A stretch of DNA of 64,000 bases. It comes from an uncultured Verrucomicrobiae bacterium. GTDB lineage: Bacteria; Verrucomicrobiota; Verrucomicrobiia; Chthoniobacterales; UBA10450. The stretch covers positions 512,001 to 576,000 of the forward strand of contig CAVTMK010000002.1 of NCBI GenBank assembly GCA_963735805.1, written 5' to 3'. Shown here piece by piece: positions 1 to 10,561 of this stretch (position 1 is its first letter; every line of letters starts with the position of its first letter). The notes beneath the pieces are model-generated. The model did no database searches. It was not told the DNA's origin and saw only the letters and a list, made by a program, of their open reading frames with translations. The position numbers and the translations under genes were made by a program.

Positions 1-374
1 CGGCGGTCCCGCAATACCGACAGGTCGAGCGTGAAATTCGACTCCTTGTTGTCGCGGCTTAACGGCGCTTCAAGCAATATGATTCTAGCCGATCTGTCGC
101 CCTCGGGTTCAAAAAACGTCTGAAACGAAAAACCTTCGACGTCTTTCGCATCTATTCTCGATCCAAGCTCGCAGGACATCGACACATCGCGGGACAATCG
201 CATCAGGGGTCCAATCGCCATTTGTCCGACGCCGAGCGCAAGCGCCAAACGGAAAGCACCGTGTCTTTCTACAGGAACCCAAAGAGGTTTCGCGCCTGAG
301 GAAGAGTCGTCATTTTCGATGATGAAATTTGGAATGTCTTCGCTAAGGAAAAACTCGTTTACCACCTGATTCAT
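1..374 (-). CDS. Hypothetical protein, 5' part only (runs off window edge)
   Basis: Manual translation from ATG at 374 (MNQVVNEFFLSEDIPNFIIEND...) stays open to position 1; starts 16 nt after the methyltransferase stop on the same strand. Confidence 0.6.
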   Translation of the reverse strand, partial: MNQVVNEFFLSEDIPNFIIENDDSSSGAKPLWVPVERHGAFRLALALGVGQMAIGPLMRLSRDVSMSCELGSRIDAKDVEGFSFQTFFEPEGDRSARIILLEAPLSRDNKESNFTLDLSVLRDR

Positions 375-390
375 AATCGAGCTCGCGCCC

Positions 391-1191
391 TCAGCCTAGC
401 TGCCTCTCATGGATATGCTGCAAGGCATAAGGCCGAACGGACGGTGTTTCCGGTTTTCGCGCGACCAGGACGATCCGCGCCATGTGTTTGGCGAGACCTT
501 CCACCGGCACCAGCTTTAACTGCCGAATTTCGCGAAACCCAACCAATTCCAGACAGGTTGTCAGGACGCTTGTGCTCAAGGCCCAGAAATTGGTCGCGTC
601 GTTGTTCTGCATGTACATAAAGTAACAGATATTAGCGTCCTCTGGATTATCGTATACCTGGGTTTCCAAGGCGAGGTAACCCCCGGGCCGCAGGTTGTCG
701 AACGTGGTTCGTAAAGAGAGGATTGGATTGGGAAGGTGATAGAGCGTGCCGAAGTGAAGGACGACATCAAACTCTTCCGGACGACTGAATGTCTCCGCGC
801 TGGCGATGAAAAATTGTGCCTTTACACCAGCAACCTCCGAAAGGAAACACGCGATTTCGACCTGGTCGGGTACAACGTCGATGCCAGTGCAGCGAGCCCC
901 ATATTTCATTGCCGCATAGATAGAGTTGTAACCAGCGCAGCACCCGATATCGAGTAATCTCCTGTCCGACATGTCTTGGAAGGGAATGGCAGCCTCGACC
1001 AGGCCGAACTTGTTCAATGGCTGTCCGGAAAATGGGATACGGCGTTTGAAGTCTTTTGTCGAAACGCCATTATCAAAATCGATCCGATGGCCCCATGGCT
1101 CCCACTCTCGGAGTTTTTCGCTGAGCGCTTCCGGCGCAAGCGTCGTGTGCAGCGTTAGAACACCGTTTTTCATTTCAGCCTTGGGTAACAT
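391..1191 (-). CDS. Class I SAM-dependent methyltransferase (CmoB/DUF1698-like)
   Basis: Motif I LLDIGCCAGY, FDVVLHFGTLYHL, LRPGGYLALET; start uncertain (1236, 1191 or 1173). Confidence 0.8.
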   Translation of the reverse strand: MLPKAEMKNGVLTLHTTLAPEALSEKLREWEPWGHRIDFDNGVSTKDFKRRIPFSGQPLNKFGLVEAAIPFQDMSDRRLLDIGCCAGYNSIYAAMKYGARCTGIDVVPDQVEIACFLSEVAGVKAQFFIASAETFSRPEEFDVVLHFGTLYHLPNPILSLRTTFDNLRPGGYLALETQVYDNPEDANICYFMYMQNNDATNFWALSTSVLTTCLELVGFREIRQLKLVPVEGLAKHMARIVLVARKPETPSVRPYALQHIHERQLG

Positions 1192-1453
1192 CCGATGATA
1201 AAATCGAGACTCATGAATTAAGGCGTCGTGCCACAAAGAGCAAAGGGTACCCCGCGACCCATCATCGGCAATTCGTATCTTTCAATGCTGGCAAAGTCCG
1301 AAAAACGGAGGTTCAGATACTGACAGCTGCGCATGCGATAGGCGCAGGGATTCGCTGCTGGAATTTGATAACCAGGCGCAAGCATTTGAGAAATCAGTCA
1401 CGAAAAAGTTCACTGGCCAAGCGAAACAGTTTCGGCGATAAAAGCGAACTGCC

Positions 1454-2146
1454 ATGGAACGCGCGTCCGGGAACACAGTCCTGATCATCGAGGATGAACG
1501 CGATGTGGTCGATCTGCTTGCGCTCAATTTGCGCAAGGCCGGTTTCGCCACATCGACTGCGCCCGACGGCGCTGCCGGATTGGAAAAAGCGCGCAGCGAA
1601 AAGCCAGCTTTGATTATTCTTGATCTGATGCTGCCGAAAATGCCTGGGCTGGAAGTTTGTAAAATTCTCAAAAGTGATCCCGGTACTCGGCAGGTCCCGA
1701 TTATGATGCTCACGGCGAAGGCGGAAGAAATCGACCGGATAGTGGGTTTGGAATTTGGCGCCGACGATTACGTGACAAAGCCATTCAGTCCACGGGAAGT
1801 CGTCTTACGCATTCGGGCGATCATGCGCCGGGGCGAGGCGAAACAGGGCGATGAACGCTTGACGGCTGGTCCCATCATGGTTGATCCGGCGCGTTACGAA
1901 GTCTCTGTCAGCGGTAAGCGAATCAATCTCACCAGTCTTGAATTTAAACTTCTCTGCACGCTGATCCAGCGACGCGGTCGCGTCCAGGCGCGAGACCGTT
2001 TGCTCAACGACGTATGGGGTTACGAGAGTGTCATAGACACACGCACAGTGGATACGCACGTCCGACGCCTGCGCAAGAAGCTTGGCAAAGCCGCCGATGT
2101 GATTGAAAGCGTGCGGGGATTCGGCTATCGAATGAAGGAAAAATAA
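1454..2146 (+). CDS. phoB: Phosphate regulon response regulator (OmpR/PhoB family)
   Basis: Receiver domain (IIEDE, LDLMLP, KPF) plus winged helix (TRTVDTHVRRLRKKL, VRGFGY); upstream of phoR-pst. Confidence 0.9.
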   Translation: MERASGNTVLIIEDERDVVDLLALNLRKAGFATSTAPDGAAGLEKARSEKPALIILDLMLPKMPGLEVCKILKSDPGTRQVPIMMLTAKAEEIDRIVGLEFGADDYVTKPFSPREVVLRIRAIMRRGEAKQGDERLTAGPIMVDPARYEVSVSGKRINLTSLEFKLLCTLIQRRGRVQARDRLLNDVWGYESVIDTRTVDTHVRRLRKKLGKAADVIESVRGFGYRMKEK

Positions 2147-2152
2147 GGCCAA

Positions 2153-3430
2153 ATGTGTTGGCTAATTCTGTGCACGCTCTGCGCCGTTTTCGCAGTGACG
2201 GCGCTTCTACTCTGGCAAAAATGGTCCGCGCCATGGGCACAGATTGAGCAGCTCGTGTCGCAAATAGCCCGCGGTGAGCGCCCGTCCACATTCCTGGTAA
2301 ACGGAAAAGCACATCCGCACCGCATCGGTCTGACGTTGGAGAGGATCTTTGCGCACCTGCAAGAACTTGAACACCGGATCGCAGGGCGTGAATCCGGCAC
2401 ACAAACAATTGTCGGCGCAATGCAGGATGGCCTTCTCGTGGTCGACGCGCGTAACCGCATTACGCTTATGAATCCCATGTTCGAACAACTATTCGAAGTA
2501 CGCGAACCAACAGCAGGCGTTCCTTTGGTCGAAGCCGTTCGTCACGCAACGCTCGATCAACTGATTGCGGAAACGCTGCTTACCGGCGAAGCAATGCGAG
2601 GTGAGTTGAGCCTGGCCGATTCGCGGACTCACAGCGAGCGGCATGTAGAAGTCAGCGCTGTTCCAATCAAGAAAGCTGATGATGAAATAACCGGCGCGGT
2701 CGTGCTTTTCCACGATTTCACCGAATTGAAGCGTCTGGATCAAATCCGGCGCGAGTTTGTTGCAAATGTTTCGCACGAACTTCGAACGCCTTTGTCAATC
2801 CTACGGGGCTACATCGAAGTGTTACTCGACGATCCGGAAACGCCGCGAGAGGAACTGACGCGCATTCTTTCGATCATGGACCGTCATTCCAAGCGCCTTC
2901 AACGGCTGGTGGGTGATCTGCTAAGCCTTGCAGAACTGGAATCGTCCCAGGCAGAGCTGGAACTGAGCGACGTGCGCATGGATGAGTTGTTTCATAACCT
3001 CATCCGTGACTGGAAAGAAAAACTCTCCGCGAAAAACCTCAGAGTGATTATCGATTTGCCTTCCGAAGCGCTGACCCTTCGCGCCGATGGAACCCGCCTG
3101 GAGGAAGTGCTCCATAATCTGCTGGATAATGCGGTCAAATTTTCACCAGAGAACAGACAGATTCGCCTGGGAGCGACGCGTTGCGACTCGAACATGGTCC
3201 TGAGCGTGGCCGATAACGGAATCGGAATCAGCAAAGAACATCTTCCGCGAATTTTCGAGCGCTTTTATCGCGTTGACAAAGCTCGCAGCCGCGAACTGGG
3301 AGGCACCGGTTTGGGACTGGCGATCGTGAAGCATATTGCCCAATTACACGGTGGCTGGGTGGAAGCCGACAGTGAGCAGGGCCGCGGGACAACGATTCGC
3401 GTGATGCTTCCAGAGAAGCCGCGCGCTTAA
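2153..3430 (+). CDS. phoR: Phosphate regulon sensor histidine kinase
   Basis: N-terminal TM, PAS region, H-box FVANVSHELRTPL, ERFYRVDKARSRELGGTGLGLAIVKH. Confidence 0.9.
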   Translation: MCWLILCTLCAVFAVTALLLWQKWSAPWAQIEQLVSQIARGERPSTFLVNGKAHPHRIGLTLERIFAHLQELEHRIAGRESGTQTIVGAMQDGLLVVDARNRITLMNPMFEQLFEVREPTAGVPLVEAVRHATLDQLIAETLLTGEAMRGELSLADSRTHSERHVEVSAVPIKKADDEITGAVVLFHDFTELKRLDQIRREFVANVSHELRTPLSILRGYIEVLLDDPETPREELTRILSIMDRHSKRLQRLVGDLLSLAELESSQAELELSDVRMDELFHNLIRDWKEKLSAKNLRVIIDLPSEALTLRADGTRLEEVLHNLLDNAVKFSPENRQIRLGATRCDSNMVLSVADNGIGISKEHLPRIFERFYRVDKARSRELGGTGLGLAIVKHIAQLHGGWVEADSEQGRGTTIRVMLPEKPRA

Positions 3431-3496
3431 ATCGTCGAGTTGTTGAAGCGATTCAGTGTTCGCGGTTTCAACGATTTACGAACCAGGCGTCGACGC

Positions 3497-3518
3497 CTGT
3501 CACACAAAAGTAACATTA
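3497..3518 (+). promoter_or_regulatory. Putative Pho box upstream of pstS
   Basis: CTGTCAC-ACAA-AAGTAAC-AT: two half-sites with 11-bp period resembling the PhoB consensus CTGTCAT-A(A/T)A(T/A)-CTGTCA(C/T), about 45 nt before the pstS ATG. Confidence 0.7.
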
Positions 3519-3563
3519 AAGATTTTGACGCTTCCGAGCGCGCTGCGGCAGGCTGGCAGATCT

Positions 3564-4583
3564 ATGAAATGCCCCAAATTCGCTCACAAAATTCTAGCAA
3601 CGGTGCTGTTGGCCGGTATCACCGCGACCGCCTCCGCTCAGATGATGATCAACGGTGCAGGCGCCACTTTCCCCTATCCGATCTACTCAAAGTGGTTCGA
3701 TGAGTACGCGAAAGTCGATCCGTCGGTCCGGTTTAATTATCAATCCATCGGATCGGGGGGCGGCCAAAAGCAAATCCTGGCCCAGACCGTCGATTTCGGC
3801 GCGTCGGACGGCCCAATGAGCGATGACAACCTCAGCAAAGCGCCGGGAAAGCTTCTCCATATTCCAACTGTCGCGGGTGCAGTGGTAATGGTCTCCAACC
3901 TCCCAGGCAACCCAGCCCTAAAGTTTGATGGAGACGCGATCGCCGGAATTTATCTCGGTCAGATCAAAAAGTGGAACGATCCCAAACTCACAGCATTGAA
4001 TCCGGGCGTAAAATTGCCGGATCAGGACATCGTGGTCGTACATCGCTCTGATGGCAGCGGTACAACATTTATCTTTACCGATTACCTGAGTAAAGTCAGC
4101 TCGGAATGGAAGAGTAAAGTTGGCAATAATACCTCGGTCAATTGGCCGGCAGGTATCGGCGGCAAGGGAAACGAGGGCGTGTCGGGGCAAGTAAAACAAA
4201 CTCCCGGAGCATTCGGTTACGTAGAACTGATCTATGCGATCCAAAATAAGATGTCGTATGCCGAGATCAAGAACGCCGCTGGCGAATTTGTGAAACCGAC
4301 ACTGGAATCAGTTACCGCTGCGCTGTCGACGGCGGAGATTCCGGACGACTTCCGTTTTTCAATGACGAACGCGCCCGGAAAAGACGCCTATCCGATTTGC
4401 GGTGCGACATGGTTGCTCGTTTATGAGCAGCAGAAAGATCCGGCGAAAGGAAAGAAGCTCGTGGAGTTTCTAAAATGGGCCGAGAAGGACGGCGAAAAGA
4501 TGGCTAAAGACCTCGATTACGCTCCTTTGCCGGAGAACGTGCAAGAGCGTGTCTTGAAGCGGATCAACGAAATCAAAATGTAA
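3564..4583 (+). CDS. pstS: Phosphate ABC transporter substrate-binding protein
   Basis: Signal peptide, then GAGATFPYP, NYQSIGSGGG, DFGASD, HRSDGSGTT; start moved to ATG 3564. Confidence 0.95.
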   Translation: MKCPKFAHKILATVLLAGITATASAQMMINGAGATFPYPIYSKWFDEYAKVDPSVRFNYQSIGSGGGQKQILAQTVDFGASDGPMSDDNLSKAPGKLLHIPTVAGAVVMVSNLPGNPALKFDGDAIAGIYLGQIKKWNDPKLTALNPGVKLPDQDIVVVHRSDGSGTTFIFTDYLSKVSSEWKSKVGNNTSVNWPAGIGGKGNEGVSGQVKQTPGAFGYVELIYAIQNKMSYAEIKNAAGEFVKPTLESVTAALSTAEIPDDFRFSMTNAPGKDAYPICGATWLLVYEQQKDPAKGKKLVEFLKWAEKDGEKMAKDLDYAPLPENVQERVLKRINEIKM

Positions 4584-4594
4584 TGTGAGGAAGC

Positions 4595-5599
4595 ATGGAG
4601 GTTGCCACAGCTCCAGGCTCGAAAGCTTTCGGGCCACCCGTTAGCCCGCGATCCGCGGCTCAGGCGATGGCGCGGCCTTCGCGCTTTGGCGACAAAGCGT
4701 TTGAGTGGCTCACATTGGCCATGGCGCTCACGGTGGTTGTGCTGGTGGTTCTAATCGGGTGGGAACTGTGGCTGGGGTCGGTGGGCGCAATTAAGAAATT
4801 CGGGTTCCATTTCCTTGTCACATCTACGTGGGACCCCGTCGCCGACCAATTTGGAGCTCTCCCGTTTATATATGGGACATTGGTCTCCTCTCTAATCGCG
4901 CTGTTGATTGCGGTTCCGTTGGGCATCGCAACGGCAGCGTATCTGACGGAGCTGGCTCCGCTCTGGATTCGGCAGCCTCTTGTTTCATTGATCGAGATGT
5001 TGGCTGCAATTCCCAGTGTCATCCTTGGGCTCTGGGGCATTTTCGTGATGATCCCATGGTTGCGTGATTATCCCTTCGCGTGGCTCAAACGATTGTTCGG
5101 TTGGACACCTTTGTTCAGTGGATCGATTTACGGTCCGTGCATGCTCGCCGGCGGAATCATTATCGCGGTTATGATTTTGCCGATTATCGTTTCGGTCTCG
5201 CGCGAGATTTTGCGCAGTGTTCCGGACTTGCAGAGAGAGGCCGCTTACGGTCTCGGAGCGACTCGCTGGGAGGCAACGCGCATTGCAGTGTTGAGTTACG
5301 CAAAGAAAGGGTTGTTCGGGGCGGTGATTCTCGGGTTGGGACGCGCTCTGGGCGAAACGATGGCCGTAACGATGGTGATAGGCAACACCCCACAGATCGT
5401 CGCGTCGCTGTTTCAGCCCGGATATACCCTGGCCAGCGTGCTTGCCAACGAGTTCACCGAAGCGACAACTGATCTTTATCTGCAGGCGTTGTTCGAAATC
5501 GGGCTGGTTCTTTTTGGGATAACTATCTTGGTGAACCTGCTCGCGCAGCTGCTTCTGCGGACCATTGCAACAACATCAGCAACCCGCGCGGTGCAATAG
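4595..5599 (+). CDS. pstC: Phosphate ABC transporter permease
   Basis: LAAIPSVILGLWG, REAAYGLGATRWE, GRALGETMAV. Confidence 0.95.
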   Translation: MEVATAPGSKAFGPPVSPRSAAQAMARPSRFGDKAFEWLTLAMALTVVVLVVLIGWELWLGSVGAIKKFGFHFLVTSTWDPVADQFGALPFIYGTLVSSLIALLIAVPLGIATAAYLTELAPLWIRQPLVSLIEMLAAIPSVILGLWGIFVMIPWLRDYPFAWLKRLFGWTPLFSGSIYGPCMLAGGIIIAVMILPIIVSVSREILRSVPDLQREAAYGLGATRWEATRIAVLSYAKKGLFGAVILGLGRALGETMAVTMVIGNTPQIVASLFQPGYTLASVLANEFTEATTDLYLQALFEIGLVLFGITILVNLLAQLLLRTIATTSATRAVQ

Positions 5600-5601
5600 C
5601 C

Positions 5602-6462
5602 ATGGATACCAGGCGATCAGGCAACCATACGTGGCGCAAATTCAAAAGCGCGCTGGCATCGGCCATTGCTTTCATTTCGGCCGTGCTTGTGATCACGCCA
5701 CTGGGTCTGGTATTTTTTCACCTTCTCGTCAACGGCGCCAGTTCGGTAAATTGGGACTTCTTCACCAAATTGCCTGCGCCGGTCGGAGCCGTTGGCGGAG
5801 GCATGGTGAATGCAATCGTCGGCTCGCTAGAATTGCTCGCTCTCGCGAGTTTAATTGGAATTCCTGTTGGCGTGCTGGGTGGAGTTTATCTGGCGGAATA
5901 CGGCTCGGCACGGATCAATTCTATTCTCCGTTTTCTGGCTGATGTGCTCAATGGTGTCCCCTCAATTACCTGGGGCGTCGTCGTTTACGGTTTGGTAGTT
6001 TTGCGCTTCAAAGGCTTTTCGGCCTATGCCGGCGGGCTCGCGCTTGGTCTGATCATGATTCCCCTGATCCTGCGCACAACGGAAGAGGTTGTTCTGCTGG
6101 TCCCCAATGGTTATCGCGAAGCCGCGCTCGCTCTGGGCGTCAGCCGCTGGAAAACAATTGTCCACATCGTGATGAAGACTGCGTCCAAGGGAATCATCAC
6201 CGGGATTTTGCTCGCCCTCGCTCGCGTGGGTGGCGAAACGGCTCCGCTTCTTTTCACTGCTTTCGGCAATCGTTTTTGGAATCACAGTCTCAGTCAGCCA
6301 ATCGCTGCGCTCCCGTTGCAGATTTTTACCTACGCGATCTCTCCCTATGACGACTGGCATCGCCAGGCTTGGGCTGGTGCGCTCGTGCTCGTCATGGGAA
6401 TTTTCTGCGTTAATGTGGTTGTAAGAATCCTGACTCGCGGGCGCGGTGCGCCAGTCGTATAG
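5602..6462 (+). CDS. pstA: Phosphate ABC transporter permease
   Basis: GVYLAEY, LNGVPSI, REAALALG, ARVGGETAPLLFT. Confidence 0.95.
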   Translation: MDTRRSGNHTWRKFKSALASAIAFISAVLVITPLGLVFFHLLVNGASSVNWDFFTKLPAPVGAVGGGMVNAIVGSLELLALASLIGIPVGVLGGVYLAEYGSARINSILRFLADVLNGVPSITWGVVVYGLVVLRFKGFSAYAGGLALGLIMIPLILRTTEEVVLLVPNGYREAALALGVSRWKTIVHIVMKTASKGIITGILLALARVGGETAPLLFTAFGNRFWNHSLSQPIAALPLQIFTYAISPYDDWHRQAWAGALVLVMGIFCVNVVVRILTRGRGAPVV

Positions 6463-6471
6463 CGTCCTAAA

Positions 6472-7320
6472 ATGAATAACGTGATTATGGCAACACCCGA
6501 ACGAAGCGTCACGGAGCGTATCGAGCCGTCTGGCCAGCCGCCCGTCAGCGCCGAGCCAGCACCGAAGTTAACTTTTGAGGCGAAGAATGTCTCGATCTGG
6601 TACGGGGAAAAACGGGCCATTGAGAATGTGAGCCTCGACATCGCCTCCAATGCCGTGACAGCGATCATTGGTCCTAGCGGTTGCGGAAAATCAACCTTTC
6701 TCCGCGCCCTCAATCGGATGCACGAACTGGTGCCAAAGACGCGGATGGACGGCACGGTGCTTCTTCACGGCGAGGATCTTTATTCCAAAACCGTCGATCC
6801 CGCAATTGTCCGACGCCGGGTTGGCATGATCTTCCAGAAATCGAATCCATTTCCAACCATGACGATTGGCGAAAACGTCGTTGTCGGTTTGCGATTGAAT
6901 GGGGTGCGGAGTCAAAAATTTCTCAACGAACGGCTGGAAAAATCGCTACGCATGGCTGCTCTTTGGGACGAAGTCAAAGACGATTTGCACAAGCCAGGCA
7001 CCAGCCTTTCGGGTGGCCAACAGCAAAGGCTCTGCATCGCGCGCTCGCTCGCCGTGGAACCGGAAGTAATCTTGATGGATGAGCCTTGCTCGGCGCTCGA
7101 TCCGATCGCCACGGCGAAAATCGAGGAACTGATCCACGAACTAAAAGCGAGATACACGATTGTAACTGTGACGCACAACATGCAGCAAGCCGGCCGCATT
7201 TCGGATTACACTGCATTTATGTACCTCGGCCGGTTGATCGAGTTTGGAGCGACAACAAAGATTTTCACAAATCCAACCGAAAAACAGACCGAGGATTATA
7301 TCACCGGGCGATTTGGATAG
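6472..7320 (+). CDS. pstB: Phosphate ABC transporter ATP-binding protein
   Basis: [42 protein letters not shown]. Confidence 0.95.
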   Translation: MNNVIMATPERSVTERIEPSGQPPVSAEPAPKLTFEAKNVSIWYGEKRAIENVSLDIASNAVTAIIGPSGCGKSTFLRALNRMHELVPKTRMDGTVLLHGEDLYSKTVDPAIVRRRVGMIFQKSNPFPTMTIGENVVVGLRLNGVRSQKFLNERLEKSLRMAALWDEVKDDLHKPGTSLSGGQQQRLCIARSLAVEPEVILMDEPCSALDPIATAKIEELIHELKARYTIVTVTHNMQQAGRISDYTAFMYLGRLIEFGATTKIFTNPTEKQTEDYITGRFG

Positions 7321-7400
7321 GTCGAGCGAAGGGCCGAACTACCAGACTCGCCGTAACACAAGCAAGATAGCAAAGGAATACGATTAAGGATTGATAGGCA

Positions 7401-8087
7401 ATGATTGCGGCAAAACACATTCTGGGAACATTTGATGAATCGCTGGCAGCGTTGCGTAATAACGTGCTCATGATGGCTAGCCTGACCGAGCGCAGCCTGG
7501 AGCGGGCAATGAAAGGCCTGTTCGATCGCGACGACAATATTTGCGCACATGCAATCGCTGACGACGAAGAGATCGATCAGCTGGAGAAACAGATCGACAA
7601 GGACGGAGTCGATATTCTGTTGCGTTTTCAGCCGGTTGCTTCAGATCTGCGGCGCGTCGTATCCGCGATGAAGCTTTCCTCGAATCTGGAGCGCATGGCC
7701 GATCAGGCGACTACAATCGCGCGGCGCGCGCGAAAGTTAAATCAGCATCCGCCCTTGTCCGAGGTCGAGCTGATGAAGCCGATGTACGAGCATGCCATGT
7801 CCATGTTCAAGGATGCGGTGGACGCATTCGTGCGAGAGGACGTCGAGCTCGGGCGCGCAATCGTTCCTCGCGATGAAAAACTCGACGACTTGAACCGCGT
7901 GGCCAGCCATAAGCTGGTTGAGCGAATGGCGCAGGACCCGGATCAATTGCGGGGTTACTTGAACCTGATTTTTGTTGGCCGCTGCTTGGAGCGCGTCGGC
8001 GATCACGCTACCAACATTGCCGAAGACGCGGTTTACGCGGCGGCTGCTGAAGATATCAGGCATCAGTCGCTTGCTGCCACAACGTGA
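7401..8087 (+). CDS. phoU: Phosphate signalling complex protein PhoU
   Basis: QPVASDLR, LERMADQA, LERVGDHATNIAE. Confidence 0.93.
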   Translation: MIAAKHILGTFDESLAALRNNVLMMASLTERSLERAMKGLFDRDDNICAHAIADDEEIDQLEKQIDKDGVDILLRFQPVASDLRRVVSAMKLSSNLERMADQATTIARRARKLNQHPPLSEVELMKPMYEHAMSMFKDAVDAFVREDVELGRAIVPRDEKLDDLNRVASHKLVERMAQDPDQLRGYLNLIFVGRCLERVGDHATNIAEDAVYAAAAEDIRHQSLAATT

Positions 8088-8242
8088 GGGAACAGTGGCA
8101 GGCGCGACCGCCCTTGCCTAACTTTCCAAGCAGTGGTTGCTTGAACATGGCCGGCAACCAACGGTGGAGGTGGTTTCTGTTTTGTGGTGTGAGACCGCGA
8201 ACGAGACGCTACTTTGGGCTGGCGATTTAACAACGATCTAAG

Positions 8243-10561
8243 ATGCCTACAGCGGTCGCCAAAACCAGTGTTACCGAGGAGCCTCCCGGGAAGGTCGAGC
8301 CGCTCCCGACTGACGTTGCTCGAGAAGCACGTTTTTCCAACCCTGAAAATTTTATCAACCGCGAGCTGAGCTGGCTTGCGTTCGACCGGCGTGTTCTCGA
8401 GGAAGCGCAGGACCCTACTCAGCCGCTTATCGAGAGAGTGAAGTTCCTCACGATCGTCAGCTCTAACCTGGACGAGTTTTTCGAGATCCGCGTCGCTGGG
8501 ATCAAGCAGCAAATCAAGAGTGAAACGAGCGATATCGGGCCGGACGGCCTAAGTCCAACCGATACATTCGATCGTATTCAGAAAACTGTGCGTCCGCTTG
8601 TCGCTACTCAGTGCGCGCTTTGGAAAACCGAACTGCTGCCTGAGCTTGCAAAAAATGGGATTTATGTGCGCGAAATGGCGGAACTTTCGCCAAAACGCGC
8701 CGCGTGGGCACATCGTTATTTTCAGCAGGAAGTTCTTCCGATGCTTACACCGCTGGCAGTCGATGCCAGCCATCCCTTCCCGCATCTTTTGAACCGAAGT
8801 CACAATCTGCTGGTGCGGGCGAAATTGCAGCGAGGTGGGGAACCGCTGCACGCCATCGTGCAAGTACCCAGGGCGGTATCGCGCTTGATCGCGTTGCCGC
8901 GCGGCAAGAGTGCGGACGAGCCTTGGGAGTACATCTATCTCGCGTCGCTCATCAAACAGCACATCGGCGAATTATTTCCCGGCTTGATCCTCGACGAGGT
9001 GCATGCGTTTCGGGTTACGCGAAACAGCGACCTGTATATTGACGAGGAAGAAGCGGAAAATTTGCTGCGCACGATCGAGCAGGAGCTGCGGCGCTCGAGT
9101 CGAGGCAACGCTGTTCGGCTCGAAGTGGAAGCAGATTGTCCAAAAGATGTGTTGGAATTGCTGCTTAGGTTCTTCGACCTGACAGAAGCCGACGCTTACA
9201 AACTCGACGGCCCACTTTCGATGACGCATCTCATGCCGCTTGTCACAAACGATGCGTTTGCCAAGCTGAGGGACCGGCCATTTCAGCCGGCGCGCGATCC
9301 GGCGCTTCCGCCGCACGTTGATTTTTTTGAGGTGTTGCGCAGGCAGGATGTCCTGCTTCATCATCCCTACGACAGCTTCGATCAAATCGTCGAGTTAATC
9401 GAGGCGGCTGCGCGCGATCCACAGGTGCTGGCGATCAAGATCACGTTATATCGGACAAGCGGCGATTCAGCGATTGTCGAAGCGCTCATTGAAGCAGCGA
9501 ATGCCGGAAAACAAGTCACGGCTATTGTCGAGCTTCGCGCGCGCTTTGATGAGGCCAGCAACATTCAGTGGGCCCGGCGCCTGGAGGAAGCCGGTGCGCA
9601 CGTCATCTATGGAGTGGTTGGTCTCAAAACACATTGCAAGGTCCTGCTGATCGTTCGCCGCGATGCCGACCATCTTCGACGTTACGTTCAGCTCGGGACG
9701 GGTAACTATCATCCTCGCACCGCGCGCATTTACACTGACTTTAGTTTGCTCACCAGCGAACCCAAATTGACCGAAGAGGTAGCAATCGTTTTCAACACCC
9801 TTACCGGTCTGGCCGGTTATCCGGGACTCAAAAAATTGATGGTCGCGCCGTTTGATATGCACAGTCGTCTCATTCGGATGATCGAAGGCGAGCGTGACCA
9901 TGCCTTGGCAGGCAAACCGGGCCGCATCGTTGCGAAATTGAACGCGCTAGTCGATGAGGAGATTATCGAGAAACTGTACGAAGCTTCGTGCGCGGACGTG
10001 ACCATCGATTTGATTGTCCGGGGGATTTGCTGCTTGCGGCCAAAAGTGCCTGCGCTGAGCGAGAACATTCGCGTAATCAGCATTGTTGGCCGTTTTCTGG
10101 AGCACAGCCGAATCTTTTATTTTGAGAATGCTGGCCAGCCCAAAGTCTTCCTATCCAGCGCAGATTGGATGCCGCGGAATTTTTATCGGCGCATCGAGCT
10201 GGCATTCCCTGTCGAGAATCCGACGTTGCGGGATCAGATCATCAACGAAGTGCTTCCCAGCTTTTTACACGACCGCGTCAAGGCGCGAGAGTTGCAGTCC
10301 GATGGAACGTACCGACGTTTGAAACCTGAAGGGTCGGAACCACGTGCGCAGGCACAGTGGCATTTCCGCGAAGTCTCTCGCGAGCGTGCAAAAAAAATGA
10401 CTCGATCCAAAAAGAAACTGCGCGCCGACAAATTAATTCCGATCACCGTTGCCGCTGATCCCTCTGTTACCATGAGTTCAGAAACTGATAGCGGCGAAAA
10501 AACCGCGCCGCCAGGTACAACAGCGCCTGCATCACCGACGTCAGCGCAAAAGCAATCTTGA
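8243..10561 (+). CDS. ppk1: Polyphosphate kinase 1
   Basis: FINRELSWLAF, SSNLDEFFEIRVAG, ELRARFDE, LKTHCK, GTGNY, GRFLEHSRI, SADWMPRN. Confidence 0.95.
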   Translation: MPTAVAKTSVTEEPPGKVEPLPTDVAREARFSNPENFINRELSWLAFDRRVLEEAQDPTQPLIERVKFLTIVSSNLDEFFEIRVAGIKQQIKSETSDIGPDGLSPTDTFDRIQKTVRPLVATQCALWKTELLPELAKNGIYVREMAELSPKRAAWAHRYFQQEVLPMLTPLAVDASHPFPHLLNRSHNLLVRAKLQRGGEPLHAIVQVPRAVSRLIALPRGKSADEPWEYIYLASLIKQHIGELFPGLILDEVHAFRVTRNSDLYIDEEEAENLLRTIEQELRRSSRGNAVRLEVEADCPKDVLELLLRFFDLTEADAYKLDGPLSMTHLMPLVTNDAFAKLRDRPFQPARDPALPPHVDFFEVLRRQDVLLHHPYDSFDQIVELIEAAARDPQVLAIKITLYRTSGDSAIVEALIEAANAGKQVTAIVELRARFDEASNIQWARRLEEAGAHVIYGVVGLKTHCKVLLIVRRDADHLRRYVQLGTGNYHPRTARIYTDFSLLTSEPKLTEEVAIVFNTLTGLAGYPGLKKLMVAPFDMHSRLIRMIEGERDHALAGKPGRIVAKLNALVDEEIIEKLYEASCADVTIDLIVRGICCLRPKVPALSENIRVISIVGRFLEHSRIFYFENAGQPKVFLSSADWMPRNFYRRIELAFPVENPTLRDQIINEVLPSFLHDRVKARELQSDGTYRRLKPEGSEPRAQAQWHFREVSRERAKKMTRSKKKLRADKLIPITVAADPSVTMSSETDSGEKTAPPGTTAPASPTSAQKQS

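Noticed and set aside
1395..1413. Possible Pho box upstream of phoB (CAGTCAC-GAAAA-AGTTCAC)
   Set aside because: Half-sites are 12 bp apart rather than 11 and match weakly
7351..7368. Pho half-site CCGTAACACAA upstream of phoU
   Set aside because: No convincing second half-site
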